From Candidatus Latescibacterota bacterium (GTDB taxonomy: Bacteria > Latescibacterota > UBA2968 > GCA-2709665): a stretch of DNA of 64,000 bases. The notes below the pieces were generated by a model. It ran no database searches, was not told the DNA's origin, and saw only the letters and a program-made list of their open reading frames with translations. Of the stretch, positions 50,767 to 59,999 are shown piece after piece. Position numbers and translations under genes: made by a program. The stretch covers positions 3,520,001-3,584,000 of the forward strand of contig OZ220733.1 in the NCBI GenBank assembly GCA_965116875.1. The letters are read 5' to 3'. Positions within the stretch are counted from its first letter, which is position 1; every line of letters starts with the position of its first letter.

Positions 50767-52614
50767 ATGCCGAATGCGCTGCTGGTCAGTCCCCGGAATC
50801 CGGTTACTTTCTGGAGCTTCGACGAAGCCCTGAAAGTAATCGACAAAAAAGTCGCATTTCCGCCTCTGGGGCTGTTGACCATTGCCGGCATGATGTCAGA
50901 TTCGTACGACCTGCGAATGGTGGACATGAATGTGCGTCCGTTGAACGACGCGGAACTTGAGTGGGCGGACATTGTAATCACGTCGTCGATGATCATTCAC
51001 TGGCACTCGTTGGAAGACGTGATTTCACGATGCAACCGTATCGGCGTTCCGGTTCTGAACGGGGGGCCGCTTCCCACGCAATACTACGAAGAGATCGAGG
51101 GCGACGCCGTCTTCTACCTGGGCGAAGCGGAAAACGGGTTTATGGACATTGTGGATCGCCTCACGGCGGGTTCAATAACCGCTGAACGTGAATACGTGGA
51201 CCGGCGCGGCAAGTTTCAGGACCTGGCCGTAACGCCGCTTCCCCACTGGTCCCTGATCGACTTCGACGACTATAGCAATATGGTGATCCAGGTCACCCGC
51301 GGTTGCCCCGAAAGCTGTACGTTTTGCAATATACCTTCGCTGTACGGGAAGGTTACGCGGCTCAAGAGCAAGAGCAGAATGGTCCAGGAGCTGGACGCAC
51401 TATACGATACCGGCTGGCGTGGCGCGGTGATGGCGGTGGACGACAATTTCGTGGGAAACCGGGAGGAAATCAGGCACGCGCTCGAGGACGAAGTCGTACC
51501 GTGGCAGCAGGAACGCGGCTATCCGTTTCAGTTTCACACCCAGGCCAGCATCCGGGTAAGCGATGACCGGGAGCTGCTGGAGGCCATGTACCGGGCAGGA
51601 TTCGACAAGGTGTTCGCCGGAATCGAGTCTCCCGTCGAGGAAAGCCTGAAGTTCATGGGCGCACAGAAGAACCTGCAGGGCAATACCCCCCTGATGGACA
51701 AAGTCAAGATTCTCCAGGAAACCGGCTTCGAAGTTCAGGCGGGATTCATCATCGGCCTGGACACGGACCCGGACGACATTGCCGAGCGGACCATCGCTTT
51801 CATCAGGGAGGCGGGAATTCCCGTGGCGATGGTAGGTATCCTGGGGGTGCTGCGGGACACCCCCGATTACAAGCGATTCAGCCGGCAGGGGCGTCTGGTG
51901 GAAGGCGCGAAATACACGGGCGATTCGGGGGTATTCAGCCGCGACTTGAGTTACGTCCCGCTGATCGACCCGGATACGCTGCTGGAGCGGCACCGGTGGA
52001 CGGTGGAAACGCTGAACAGCCCCGAGATCTTCTTTGAGCGGTGCCTTACGTTTCTGAATAGTCGCGGGCGTCCCCCAATTGCAAAGTCACCAATACGCAT
52101 GCTCGAGGTCAAGGCGGTATTCCGGTCGATCTGGCGTCAGGGCATCCGGAACAGGAATTACCGTTGGCAATACTGGAAGTTCATGCTGCAGGTACTCCTC
52201 AAACATCCCGGCAGCATGCCGGACGCGGTGCGGCTGGCCGTGCAGGGCCACCATCTGATACTCACCACGCAGCGCGCATTGCAGGTCGACGAAGTGAAGA
52301 CGTTTCTTGACGAGGCGCTCGAACATCTGGAACATTTCAAGAATGGCTATCGCGCGGCGTACCGCAAGAACACGGACACGTACGCCGGACGTCTCATGCG
52401 GGCGGTTCACCACCGCTTCGAGCACTTTCAGGACGACCACAGGACAATGCAGCATCACGCCAAGGTGCTTCGGGGCGCCGCCCAGGAATACTACCAGGCC
52501 ACGTGCGAGGAGTTCCAACACCAGATCCGGGAGCCGCTGGAGCGTTTTCAGAAGGATACCGATCACTTGCTCAGGACCTTTTCGTCCGAGCGGGCGGCAT
52601 TGCAGAGATCGTAG
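50767..52614 (+). CDS. B12-binding radical SAM protein (DUF4070-like)
   Basis: FPPLGLLTIA, RGCPESCTFC, VDDNF, GIES, GFIIGLDTD. Confidence 0.9.
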   Translation: MPNALLVSPRNPVTFWSFDEALKVIDKKVAFPPLGLLTIAGMMSDSYDLRMVDMNVRPLNDAELEWADIVITSSMIIHWHSLEDVISRCNRIGVPVLNGGPLPTQYYEEIEGDAVFYLGEAENGFMDIVDRLTAGSITAEREYVDRRGKFQDLAVTPLPHWSLIDFDDYSNMVIQVTRGCPESCTFCNIPSLYGKVTRLKSKSRMVQELDALYDTGWRGAVMAVDDNFVGNREEIRHALEDEVVPWQQERGYPFQFHTQASIRVSDDRELLEAMYRAGFDKVFAGIESPVEESLKFMGAQKNLQGNTPLMDKVKILQETGFEVQAGFIIGLDTDPDDIAERTIAFIREAGIPVAMVGILGVLRDTPDYKRFSRQGRLVEGAKYTGDSGVFSRDLSYVPLIDPDTLLERHRWTVETLNSPEIFFERCLTFLNSRGRPPIAKSPIRMLEVKAVFRSIWRQGIRNRNYRWQYWKFMLQVLLKHPGSMPDAVRLAVQGHHLILTTQRALQVDEVKTFLDEALEHLEHFKNGYRAAYRKNTDTYAGRLMRAVHHRFEHFQDDHRTMQHHAKVLRGAAQEYYQATCEEFQHQIREPLERFQKDTDHLLRTFSSERAALQRS

Positions 52615-52703
52615 CGTCCTGTACCGAGAATATCTTTCCGTTCACCCGCCGATTCACCCCCTCTCGCTGCGTTGGGCGGCCTCTGTTGAAGGTCGCAGGC
52701 GAC

Positions 52704-53918
52704 TCACAGCTTCCAGTAATCGTCAATGTCGCGCTGGTAGGCGTTCACCTTCCCCTTGATCACGTCGTTGACCTTGACGACCTCGCCCGACGTACCCGAT
52801 TCGTAAAGCGCTTCGCTCACCGCCTTGCTGCGCAGGCCTTCCTCCGCGTCAATCTCCACGTCGCGTCCGGTGCTCATCGCATCGATAAAGTCCCAGAGTT
52901 CCAGGGGCATGCCGCCGGTGATGCCGTACGGAAACAGGCGTTCGTCCTCTTCCGTGCTCAGGCTCTTCCTGAACATATCCACAACCCGTTCCATGCTGTA
53001 GGTAACGCCGTCCAGGAGTTGGCACTCGCCGCGGAGCGCACCTGCCGCCGGATGGAAGATATCGTATTCCACGATGGTGCCCCTGCTGCCCGTCAGGCTG
53101 AGTTGCAGGAAGCCCTTGCCGGGCGCACTGTTGGTCCATGACCAGGTTCCGATAAGCCCGCTCCTGAAATTGAAAATGCTGGTCCAGAAGTCCTCCCGCG
53201 TGTCGTTGACGATCCTTCGCCCCTTCCTGTGCGGGCGTTTCTCGATTTGCTCCACGCGCGCGTACACGCTGTGCACTTCGCCGAACCAGTAACGCATTGT
53301 GTCCACCCAGTGGGCGCCGCTGTCCATCACCATGCCGCAGCCACCCAGCCGGCGGTCGACTCGCCAGTGCCAGTCCTGGATGTTTTTCGGGTCCTGCCAC
53401 GACGCGCTTGCGGCCAGCCAGAAGCGCGGTTTTCCCATCAGACCCCCCGCGTTGAACGCCCAATGGATCGCACGTTGCCCAACGCTGCGGCGGCACTGTT
53501 CGGCCGTTGCGGCAATGCGTTTGTGTTTCTTCGCGGCGGCGATTATCTTTTTGGTGGCCTTTACGGTGATTCCGATGGGTTTTTCGCAGATGATGTTCAC
53601 GCCGCCGGAGAGGAGCTCGCAGGCCAGCACGTGGTGCAGCCCGTGGGGGCCGCAGATATCGGCGCCGTCCAGATGCTTCTCGCCGTTGAGCAATTCCTCC
53701 ACGGTCCGGTAGGCGTTTACGCGCTGGCCGGTATGGCTTTCAATACGCTCTGCCATGGCTGTGGCACGTTCGGGAACGTCGTCTACGGTTGCGACGATAC
53801 GGAAGCGCCGTTCGTTTTTCTCCATGAGTTCCGCGTAGCCCCTGAGATGCGCTCCGGCAATGCCGCCGCAGCCGACAATGGCAAGGTTCACCCGTCGGCC
53901 GTTGGATCGTGTGGCCAT
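52704..53918 (-). CDS. Gfo/Idh/MocA family oxidoreductase
   Basis: LAIVGCGGIA, ICEKPI, MDSGAHWVD; ATG 53918 follows AAAGGA. Confidence 0.9.
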   Translation of the reverse strand: MATRSNGRRVNLAIVGCGGIAGAHLRGYAELMEKNERRFRIVATVDDVPERATAMAERIESHTGQRVNAYRTVEELLNGEKHLDGADICGPHGLHHVLACELLSGGVNIICEKPIGITVKATKKIIAAAKKHKRIAATAEQCRRSVGQRAIHWAFNAGGLMGKPRFWLAASASWQDPKNIQDWHWRVDRRLGGCGMVMDSGAHWVDTMRYWFGEVHSVYARVEQIEKRPHRKGRRIVNDTREDFWTSIFNFRSGLIGTWSWTNSAPGKGFLQLSLTGSRGTIVEYDIFHPAAGALRGECQLLDGVTYSMERVVDMFRKSLSTEEDERLFPYGITGGMPLELWDFIDAMSTGRDVEIDAEEGLRSKAVSEALYESGTSGEVVKVNDVIKGKVNAYQRDIDDYWKL

Positions 53919-53989
53919 ACCATTCCTTTCAATGGAGTTATTGTGGCGAATGTGTGAGCAGAAGCCCTGGTTTTCAAGGAGTGGAGTCC

Positions 53990-54017
53990 ATAGTACCCGG
54001 TTCGGGTGATTTGTCAA
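53990..54017 (-). promoter_or_regulatory. putative sigma70 promoter
   Basis: Minus strand TTGACA-16 nt-TACTAT. Confidence 0.45.
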
Positions 54018-54051
54018 GTCGATTGTTTGCACCGCAAAAGTCAAGTGCAGA

Positions 54052-54077
54052 GTAGGGGCGTCCCTTGTGAGCGCCCT
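54052..54077. repeat. GTAG-type REP palindrome (relatives at ~56265-56288, ~59764-59789, ~59931-59958)
   Basis: GTAGGGGCGTCCCTTGTGAGCGCCCT; GTAGGGGCGACCCTTGTGGTCGCCCT; GGGCGACCGGCCGGTCGCCCCTAC. Confidence 0.7.
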
Positions 54078-54140
54078 GCCAATGTGTCTTCTGTTTTCTT
54101 CGCGTTTTTGTGTGAGATTCTTTTCAGGAGGTGACTTGAC

Positions 54141-55010
54141 ATGCTGATTGACGCACACAACCATCCCAACTGGCACGGCTACGATGCAAGGCGAATCCTG
54201 AACAACATGGATGAGCAGGGTATTGACAGGATGTGGCTGTTTACCTGGGAGGTGCCGGAGGACGAATACGATCCGTCGTATCACAAAGCCCTGCCCCCCG
54301 GCGGGGTGGGCATTCAGCTGGAAGACGTGCTTCAGGTGGGACGGGAGGCGCGCGACCGCTTCGTACTGGGCTATTTCCCGCACCCCAAGAGGCCCGACGC
54401 CGCCGACCGCCTTCGTGCTGCGCATGAAATCCACGGCATCCAGGTTGCCAGCGAGATGAAAGTGCGCGTCCTGTTCGACGACCCGGATGCGATCCGGCTC
54501 TACAATGCGTGCGCTGAAATGAAACTGCCCATTACCATCCACCTCGACTATCCCATCAACCACGGCCGGGGAAACTATCCCAGACCGAACTATTGGTACG
54601 GCGGGAGTATCGAGGCGTTCGAGCGTGCGATCGCAGCCTGTCCGGAAACGACCTTTATCGGACACGCGCCGGGATTCTGGGCGCATATCTCGGGAGACGA
54701 TTTATACGACAAACAGTCGTATCCGGATGCGCCGGTACTTCCTGGCGGAAAGCTGTGGGATATGATGCGCCGGTACGACAATCTGTGGGCGGACCTGTCC
54801 GCCGGTTCCGCGCTGAACGCGCTCAGGCGGGACACGGAAACCGGAACGAAATTCCTCATCGAGTTTCAGGACAAACTTCTGTGGGGGCGGGACTATTTCG
54901 ACACGGCGCTGATGGACTTCTTCCAGGGGCTGTCGTTGCCCAAAGACGCGTACGACAAGATAACCTATCTTAACGCGTTGCGTATTCTGGGCGAATCCGT
55001 TCCGGATTAG
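54141..55010 (+). CDS. amidohydrolase family protein
   Basis: IDAHNH, ITIH, FIGHAPGFW, ADLSAGS, LLWGRD; AGGAGG RBS. Confidence 0.88.
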   Translation: MLIDAHNHPNWHGYDARRILNNMDEQGIDRMWLFTWEVPEDEYDPSYHKALPPGGVGIQLEDVLQVGREARDRFVLGYFPHPKRPDAADRLRAAHEIHGIQVASEMKVRVLFDDPDAIRLYNACAEMKLPITIHLDYPINHGRGNYPRPNYWYGGSIEAFERAIAACPETTFIGHAPGFWAHISGDDLYDKQSYPDAPVLPGGKLWDMMRRYDNLWADLSAGSALNALRRDTETGTKFLIEFQDKLLWGRDYFDTALMDFFQGLSLPKDAYDKITYLNALRILGESVPD

Positions 55011-55032
55011 TCGATCTGCCCGTGGAACGACG

Positions 55033-55067
55033 AACGCCCCGGACCATCGCATCCGCGGGCGTTTTTT
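55033..55067 (+). terminator. intrinsic terminator
   Basis: AACGCCCCGGA...TCCGCGGGCGTT stem followed by a T-tract. Confidence 0.6.
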
Positions 55068-55102
55068 CTATTCAGCCGCCGAAAGGGAGTGGAAAGCGAT
55101 CT

Positions 55103-56221
55103 TCATGACTGTACGAATTCCGAGAGTTTCCGGGCGTACGCGGCGTTGCCATACTCCTTGAGGATCCGGTCCTGCGCGCGCGCCGCGGCGTTTTTCCGAT
55201 TGGTTTCGTGTTTCAGCCACCATCGCGCCTTGTGCCGGAGTTCCTCCAGGTCGGTCCATGTGTCAATTTCCGTGCCGACGTCGAAGACTTCCTCGATGCC
55301 CGCCACGTAATCGGTCAGCATGAATCCGCCGCTGCCGGTGATTGCGGTGTCCCGCTGGTTCAGATAGCCGTTGGCGTTGGGCGAATTGTGCTGGTTTACA
55401 TTGATCCTGGAGGCCCTGTACACGCCCGGAAGCTCCATGTAACTCCGAAAGCCGCGGTAGGAATACCTGGGCAGGTCCCGGAACGTGCCGAAACCCAGTC
55501 CACCGTAAACGTGGACCCTTCCCAGGCCTTTCAGTGCGGCGACCACTTCCTGTCTCAGCGCTCGCTGTCCGGGGAAGGGGATGGTGTGGGTGATCCGTTT
55601 GACCAGGTCTTCTGATTCCAGGTACTCTTCCGGGTTGCCGCCCTCTTTCGTGTATAGAGACATGATGGTAACGGAGAAGTCGCATTCCTCGTGTCGCGCC
55701 GGTCTGGCGAATCGATGCAATTCCATCGCCGGCGGTGGATAGAGCACAATGGCCTTGATCCCGCGTTTCGCGTAGACGTCCACGCTCTCCCTGCAGCACG
55801 TCGCGGCGAATTCGAACTCCCGGGTGAATTGAGGGCTTCGGAGAAGGTCCCACGGATCGTCCTGGGTGTGGGTTACGGTTTTGCACCATGGAAATCGTTC
55901 CCGCAGTTCAGCGATAAGCCCGGGCGGCCGGTCGTCCTTGCTGAACCACCAGACGAGCAGGTCCGGTTCGTGTTCGATAATGGTTCTGAACAGACCCTCC
56001 TTGAATGCGCCGATATCCCTGTATTTCAGGTCCCACGTCTGGTGAGGAGGGATGATGTCTGCCTCTTCCTTCGCCAGCGCGATATCCGCTTCGAGATTTG
56101 CCTCGATACACCCGCGCGTGGGTTGGTAGAGGACGTCGTATCCAATGCTCTTGAAGCCCTGCTGTATGCTCCAGAGGGATTGTCCGGGCTGGAATCCGCC
56201 GAGCAAGAGGACTTTCGGCAT
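55103..56221 (-). CDS. CgeB-like glycosyltransferase
   Basis: DDPW, YRASRINVN, NQR..ITGSGGFMLTD...IEEVF. Confidence 0.8.
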   Translation of the reverse strand: MPKVLLLGGFQPGQSLWSIQQGFKSIGYDVLYQPTRGCIEANLEADIALAKEEADIIPPHQTWDLKYRDIGAFKEGLFRTIIEHEPDLLVWWFSKDDRPPGLIAELRERFPWCKTVTHTQDDPWDLLRSPQFTREFEFAATCCRESVDVYAKRGIKAIVLYPPPAMELHRFARPARHEECDFSVTIMSLYTKEGGNPEEYLESEDLVKRITHTIPFPGQRALRQEVVAALKGLGRVHVYGGLGFGTFRDLPRYSYRGFRSYMELPGVYRASRINVNQHNSPNANGYLNQRDTAITGSGGFMLTDYVAGIEEVFDVGTEIDTWTDLEELRHKARWWLKHETNRKNAAARAQDRILKEYGNAAYARKLSEFVQS

Positions 56222-56531
56222 TGACGTGTCCTTTGTGGTTTCTCTCTGTGTCTTCGTGTGAGTTGGGCGACCGGCCGGTCGCCCCTACAATAGCCGGGCA
56301 TGCGTCAACTGGGAACGGCAGGCAACCGGACCCCACCGACGGGCGTATATAACATAAAGGGCGAATCCTTTCGATTCCGTCCGCGGCGCCAGGCCCTTCG
56401 GTTCCCGAAGACGGCCGAAAGATAGGGGAATCGATCTGCTTGTGAAAGACGAAAGCGCCCCGGTTCGCCCGCCCCGCTTTTTGGGTTGCCCGCGAGGGGT
56501 TTTTGTCCTTACTTGGAAGTGTGGACGTTAG

Positions 56532-56691
56532 CAGCCCGTTGAAAAAGTCCATCCGGTCTGCGGCCGGCCCTTGCGGTCGAAATACTGCGTTGCGCTTCCT
56601 CGCCGAATCGCAGGATGGGACTCGGTCGCGCGCCTTGTCTTCGACCACAATGGCTCGGCCTCGCCTGCAGAGCGACTTTATCAACGGACTG
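56532..56691. mobile_element. MITE family B (IS5/IS1182-like ends, TTAG target duplication)
   Basis: TTAG-CAGCCCGTTGAAAAAGTC...GACTTTATCAACGGACTG-TTAG. Confidence 0.8.
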
Positions 56692-56724
56692 TTAGCGGGC
56701 GGCGCGTCGAACGGAGGTGTTGCA

Positions 56725-57585
56725 TTGACAACGGGCACGGACCTGGCTGCACGCCGGACTTCGATACGTTCGTGGTGGTCTGCCGATGGTCATCGGTTCC
56801 TGCCGCCGGCGCTCATTACCTGCATATTGGTTGGCAGCCAAATTACGTATGGAATTCTGGAGGGGCTGTCCAAAACGGCATTGGCCATTGCGGTCGCGGT
56901 TGGCGTGGAGGCCCTGCTGGGTCGGCTGCACGGGAGCCGCAGACCGAATTTCGTGAGCGGATACATCACCGGGATCAGCGTGGGGATTCTGATCCGTTCG
57001 CTCTGGCTCTGGCCCTATGCGCTCTGCAGTGCAGTTTCCATTCTGTCCAAGTATGTGATCCGCTGGCGCGGGCGGCATCTCTGGAACCCCTCCAATCTCG
57101 GCGTGAGCGCAGTGTTTTTCCTTGCCCCGGAAATGGCGGCGGGCCTGAGCGTTCAGTGGGGCAACGCCGTCTGGGTCATGCTGGTGATCTGGGTATTTGG
57201 CTGGATGGCGGTCTGGCGGGTAAACCGGCTGCATATCTGTCTGACGTACGTGATGAGTTTTCTGGCGCTTGGGTTCGTACGAAGTCTTGTCACGGGGCAG
57301 GCGTACCTGGCCGGCGTGGCGCCCATTACCGGTCCGATGTACCAGCTGTTTATCTTTTTTATGATTACGGATCCAAAGACAACGGTGAAAACAAGGCGTG
57401 GCCAGTGCTGGGTTGCGTTTTCCGTGGCTGTGATTGAAGCCGTACTGCGCCTGTACGAACAGGTCTATGCCCCGTTCTACGCGCTTTTCCTCGTTGGTCC
57501 GTGCGCGGTCGCAACAGAAATCTGGTTGGAGAAGCGCGGCGGTGTATCGGGAAATCCAGGAACCCGAGTTGAAGTCGTCGGTTGA
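56725..57585 (+). CDS. RnfD/NqrB-like membrane protein (stand-alone)
   Basis: SKYVIRWRGRHLWNPSN, FIFFMITDPKT, multiple TM helices; TTG follows GGAGG. Confidence 0.7.
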   Translation: MTTGTDLAARRTSIRSWWSADGHRFLPPALITCILVGSQITYGILEGLSKTALAIAVAVGVEALLGRLHGSRRPNFVSGYITGISVGILIRSLWLWPYALCSAVSILSKYVIRWRGRHLWNPSNLGVSAVFFLAPEMAAGLSVQWGNAVWVMLVIWVFGWMAVWRVNRLHICLTYVMSFLALGFVRSLVTGQAYLAGVAPITGPMYQLFIFFMITDPKTTVKTRRGQCWVAFSVAVIEAVLRLYEQVYAPFYALFLVGPCAVATEIWLEKRGGVSGNPGTRVEVVG

Positions 57586-57613
57586 CGGTGCAATCATGCG
57601 CAAGGAGGTGGCG

Positions 57614-57925
57614 ATGAAGACTGAAATCAGGGGGAAACACTTCGTGGTGTCCGGCCGCTTGCGGGAGTATATCGAAAAGGAAACGGAGAAGCTGAAACAA
57701 TTCTATGAACCGATACTGGACACGCGAATCACACTCGAGCGGGAGAACCGGATGTACAGGGTCGAGATCGTGGTCCACGTGCATAACCACATCCTGAAAG
57801 CTACCGATGAACAGGACGTCGTCCATCCCGCGCTCGGGGGCGCGATCGACAAGATGATCCGGCAGCTCAAGCGGGTCAAGGAAAGGCAACGCAGGCCGCG
57901 GGTTCCCGCCGCAGCGCGGGACTGA
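57614..57925 (+). CDS. hpf: ribosome hibernation promoting factor (HPF/RaiA)
   Basis: MKTEIRGKHF.VS..LREYIEK..EKL, AIDKMIRQLKRVKE; AAGGAGG RBS. Confidence 0.85.
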   Translation: MKTEIRGKHFVVSGRLREYIEKETEKLKQFYEPILDTRITLERENRMYRVEIVVHVHNHILKATDEQDVVHPALGGAIDKMIRQLKRVKERQRRPRVPAAARD

Positions 57926-57942
57926 GAGAATCCGATCCAACG

Positions 57943-57970
57943 AAACGCTCCCGCCGCCGGGAGCGTTTTT
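57943..57970 (+). terminator. intrinsic terminator
   Basis: AAACGCTCCC-GCCGCC-GGGAGCGTTT-TT. Confidence 0.8.
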
Positions 57971-57997
57971 GCTTCCTGTCAGGACCGTTGGATATTA

Positions 57998-58196
57998 TCA
58001 ACCCCAATTCGAAAAAAACTGCAATCGGGCGTCGTGATAAAACCCACCGAAACGGGGTGTAAACGTCGTCCGGTCGGACATTTTTTCCTTTCCCGTACAG
58101 AGACCTGGTGTATCCTGGTAATCCGCCGTCTAATCGCCTTTATTAACTTGCACATATTTGAATTAACGTTCACGAAAAATTACGAATCAAGGTTAA
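57998..58196. mobile_element. MITE family A copy
   Basis: TCAA-CCCCAATTCG...CGAATCAAGG-TTAA; supplies the stop codon of the NnrS-like gene. Confidence 0.78.
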
Positions 58197-59598
58197 CGGC
58201 GGGGCCGCGCCAGGTCTTCAGAAGATTGTATGCCAGCACCACCGCCGCCAGCCACCCGAGTACGCCGGAAATCCCGAATGCGATCATTGAGACCGTCAAA
58301 CCACCGGGAACCCGGTGCAGAATCTCCGCCAGGAGCAACGGCGCGATGCGGCATAGCGCGGCGGCGGTCGCGATGACAAAGGTGGCAACCACCAGACCCG
58401 GAAAGGCCACTTTGCGTTTGTGAAGGAAACCGGGAACCATCCGCGGCGCCATGCCCAGCAGAAGGAGCGTGATAAACCCCGCGAGATGCAAGTGGCGCAA
58501 TGCGTCCGGATCGAATGGCGATGTTCTGCGAAAGAGGACGAGCACGCCATCCAGCAGTTCAACCAGCGCGGCCAGCGCCAGGAAGACGTACGCGGCATAG
58601 AGCAGCAGTTCGAATCTGCCGAATTCGCCGTAGTCCGGCAGGCCGGGTCGTGTGGGGCGTCTGTCGGGCCCGGGTTCGCCGATTCGGTGTACGGTCCACG
58701 GAGGATACCAGCGGAAGAGAATGTCCAGTTTCCAGATGAACAGGAGGAGGATTCCCCCTCGGAGGACTTTTCCGATGGGCGAGAGATGCGCAACAGATGA
58801 TGCGAAGGACGTGCCCGTGAGTTGCGCCAGCACGGGCGCGTGGATGAGGATGAGCGCCAGGAGATAGACCTGTCCGTAACGTGCGACGGGCCAGCGGACG
58901 GCGGGCAGGCGCAGGTAAAGCGGGAACGTGCGGACGGAAAACGCCATCGCCGTCGGCAGGATGACGAATCCCGTAAATAACTCAATGCCGAATCGATTCC
59001 AGGCGATATGAAGGAGCGGGTTATCTCCGAAGCCCGCTTGAAAAGCGAGCGCGCCGGACAGCAGTGAATAAAACCCCCATCCGGCAACGGCAATTGCCAG
59101 GAAGATGCGAACGCTCCGCAATGCGGGGCGGTCAGGCGCGGCACTCCGCAGGGTACCGACCAGCAGGAAGAGATAACAGAAAACGCCCGCTGTTTCCAAC
59201 AACGCGGAGAATCCCAGCGACCATCGCAGTCCGGTATGAATCGGCTCTCCAGGTCCCGCGGCCAGCAGCGGCTGTGAGGCCGCGCGGAGAAAGATGCCCG
59301 TCGCAAGAAGGGAAAGGATCCACGCGGGAAGCCGGGGATGGCGCAGGGGCGTACCGGCAAGACGAGGCAGGAAATAGAGGCTCACGCCGATGATGAAAAG
59401 GCCGATCCAGCCCAGGAGTTGGGCGTGGCCGTGGGCCTGGAGCATGGCGACCCACCAGGGACCCATGGACCACTGGAAGCCGATCAGCACGGCCAGAACC
59501 GCGGCATAGCCGAATCCGACCGTCAGCGCAACGGCCAGCGACGCCAGCACAAAGCCGAAGTGGAAAGGGCTGTGGGCGCGTTTTTCGTTTTCAGACAA
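58180..59598 (-). CDS. NnrS-like membrane protein
   Basis: QAHGHAQLLGW, YFLPR, DALRHLHLAGF..LLLGMAPRMVP; about 12 TM helices. Confidence 0.7.
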   Translation of the reverse strand: MSENEKRAHSPFHFGFVLASLAVALTVGFGYAAVLAVLIGFQWSMGPWWVAMLQAHGHAQLLGWIGLFIIGVSLYFLPRLAGTPLRHPRLPAWILSLLATGIFLRAASQPLLAAGPGEPIHTGLRWSLGFSALLETAGVFCYLFLLVGTLRSAAPDRPALRSVRIFLAIAVAGWGFYSLLSGALAFQAGFGDNPLLHIAWNRFGIELFTGFVILPTAMAFSVRTFPLYLRLPAVRWPVARYGQVYLLALILIHAPVLAQLTGTSFASSVAHLSPIGKVLRGGILLLFIWKLDILFRWYPPWTVHRIGEPGPDRRPTRPGLPDYGEFGRFELLLYAAYVFLALAALVELLDGVLVLFRRTSPFDPDALRHLHLAGFITLLLLGMAPRMVPGFLHKRKVAFPGLVVATFVIATAAALCRIAPLLLAEILHRVPGGLTVSMIAFGISGVLGWLAAVVLAYNLLKTWRGPAVNLDS

Positions 59599-59999
59599 GG
59601 GTTCTCCCTCGGGACAGGCTGAGAGACAGTTCGAATTGGTATCAGTTGTGGAAAATTAACGACCGTGCCGGTTCCCGGTCGATCCCATACCCCACAATTA
59701 AGCCCGTTCGCGTGAATTAGCAACCTCTTTCGAGAAATCATGGGCCCATCCGTTGTCGGATTTGTAGGGGCGACCCTTGTGGTCGCCCTGGCGCCGGCAG
59801 ATAGGATTTGCGAAAGCACGGAATGATCGATAGGAAGCCAATGGCGATTTTACTGAACCGTTATCGAAGGACCTGTGTCTATAGACATTGACAGGCGTTG
59901 CGGGAAGGGCGACGTGCAGACCATGCATCTGTACGGACGACCGGCCGGTCGCCCGTACCAAGACCCGCAGCCTTTGCCCGATCGCGGACGGATTCATTT

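Noticed and set aside
53919-54686. N-terminal extension of the 660-aa ORF
   Set aside because: It is antisense to the amidohydrolase; the oxidoreductase begins at ATG 53918 with an RBS.
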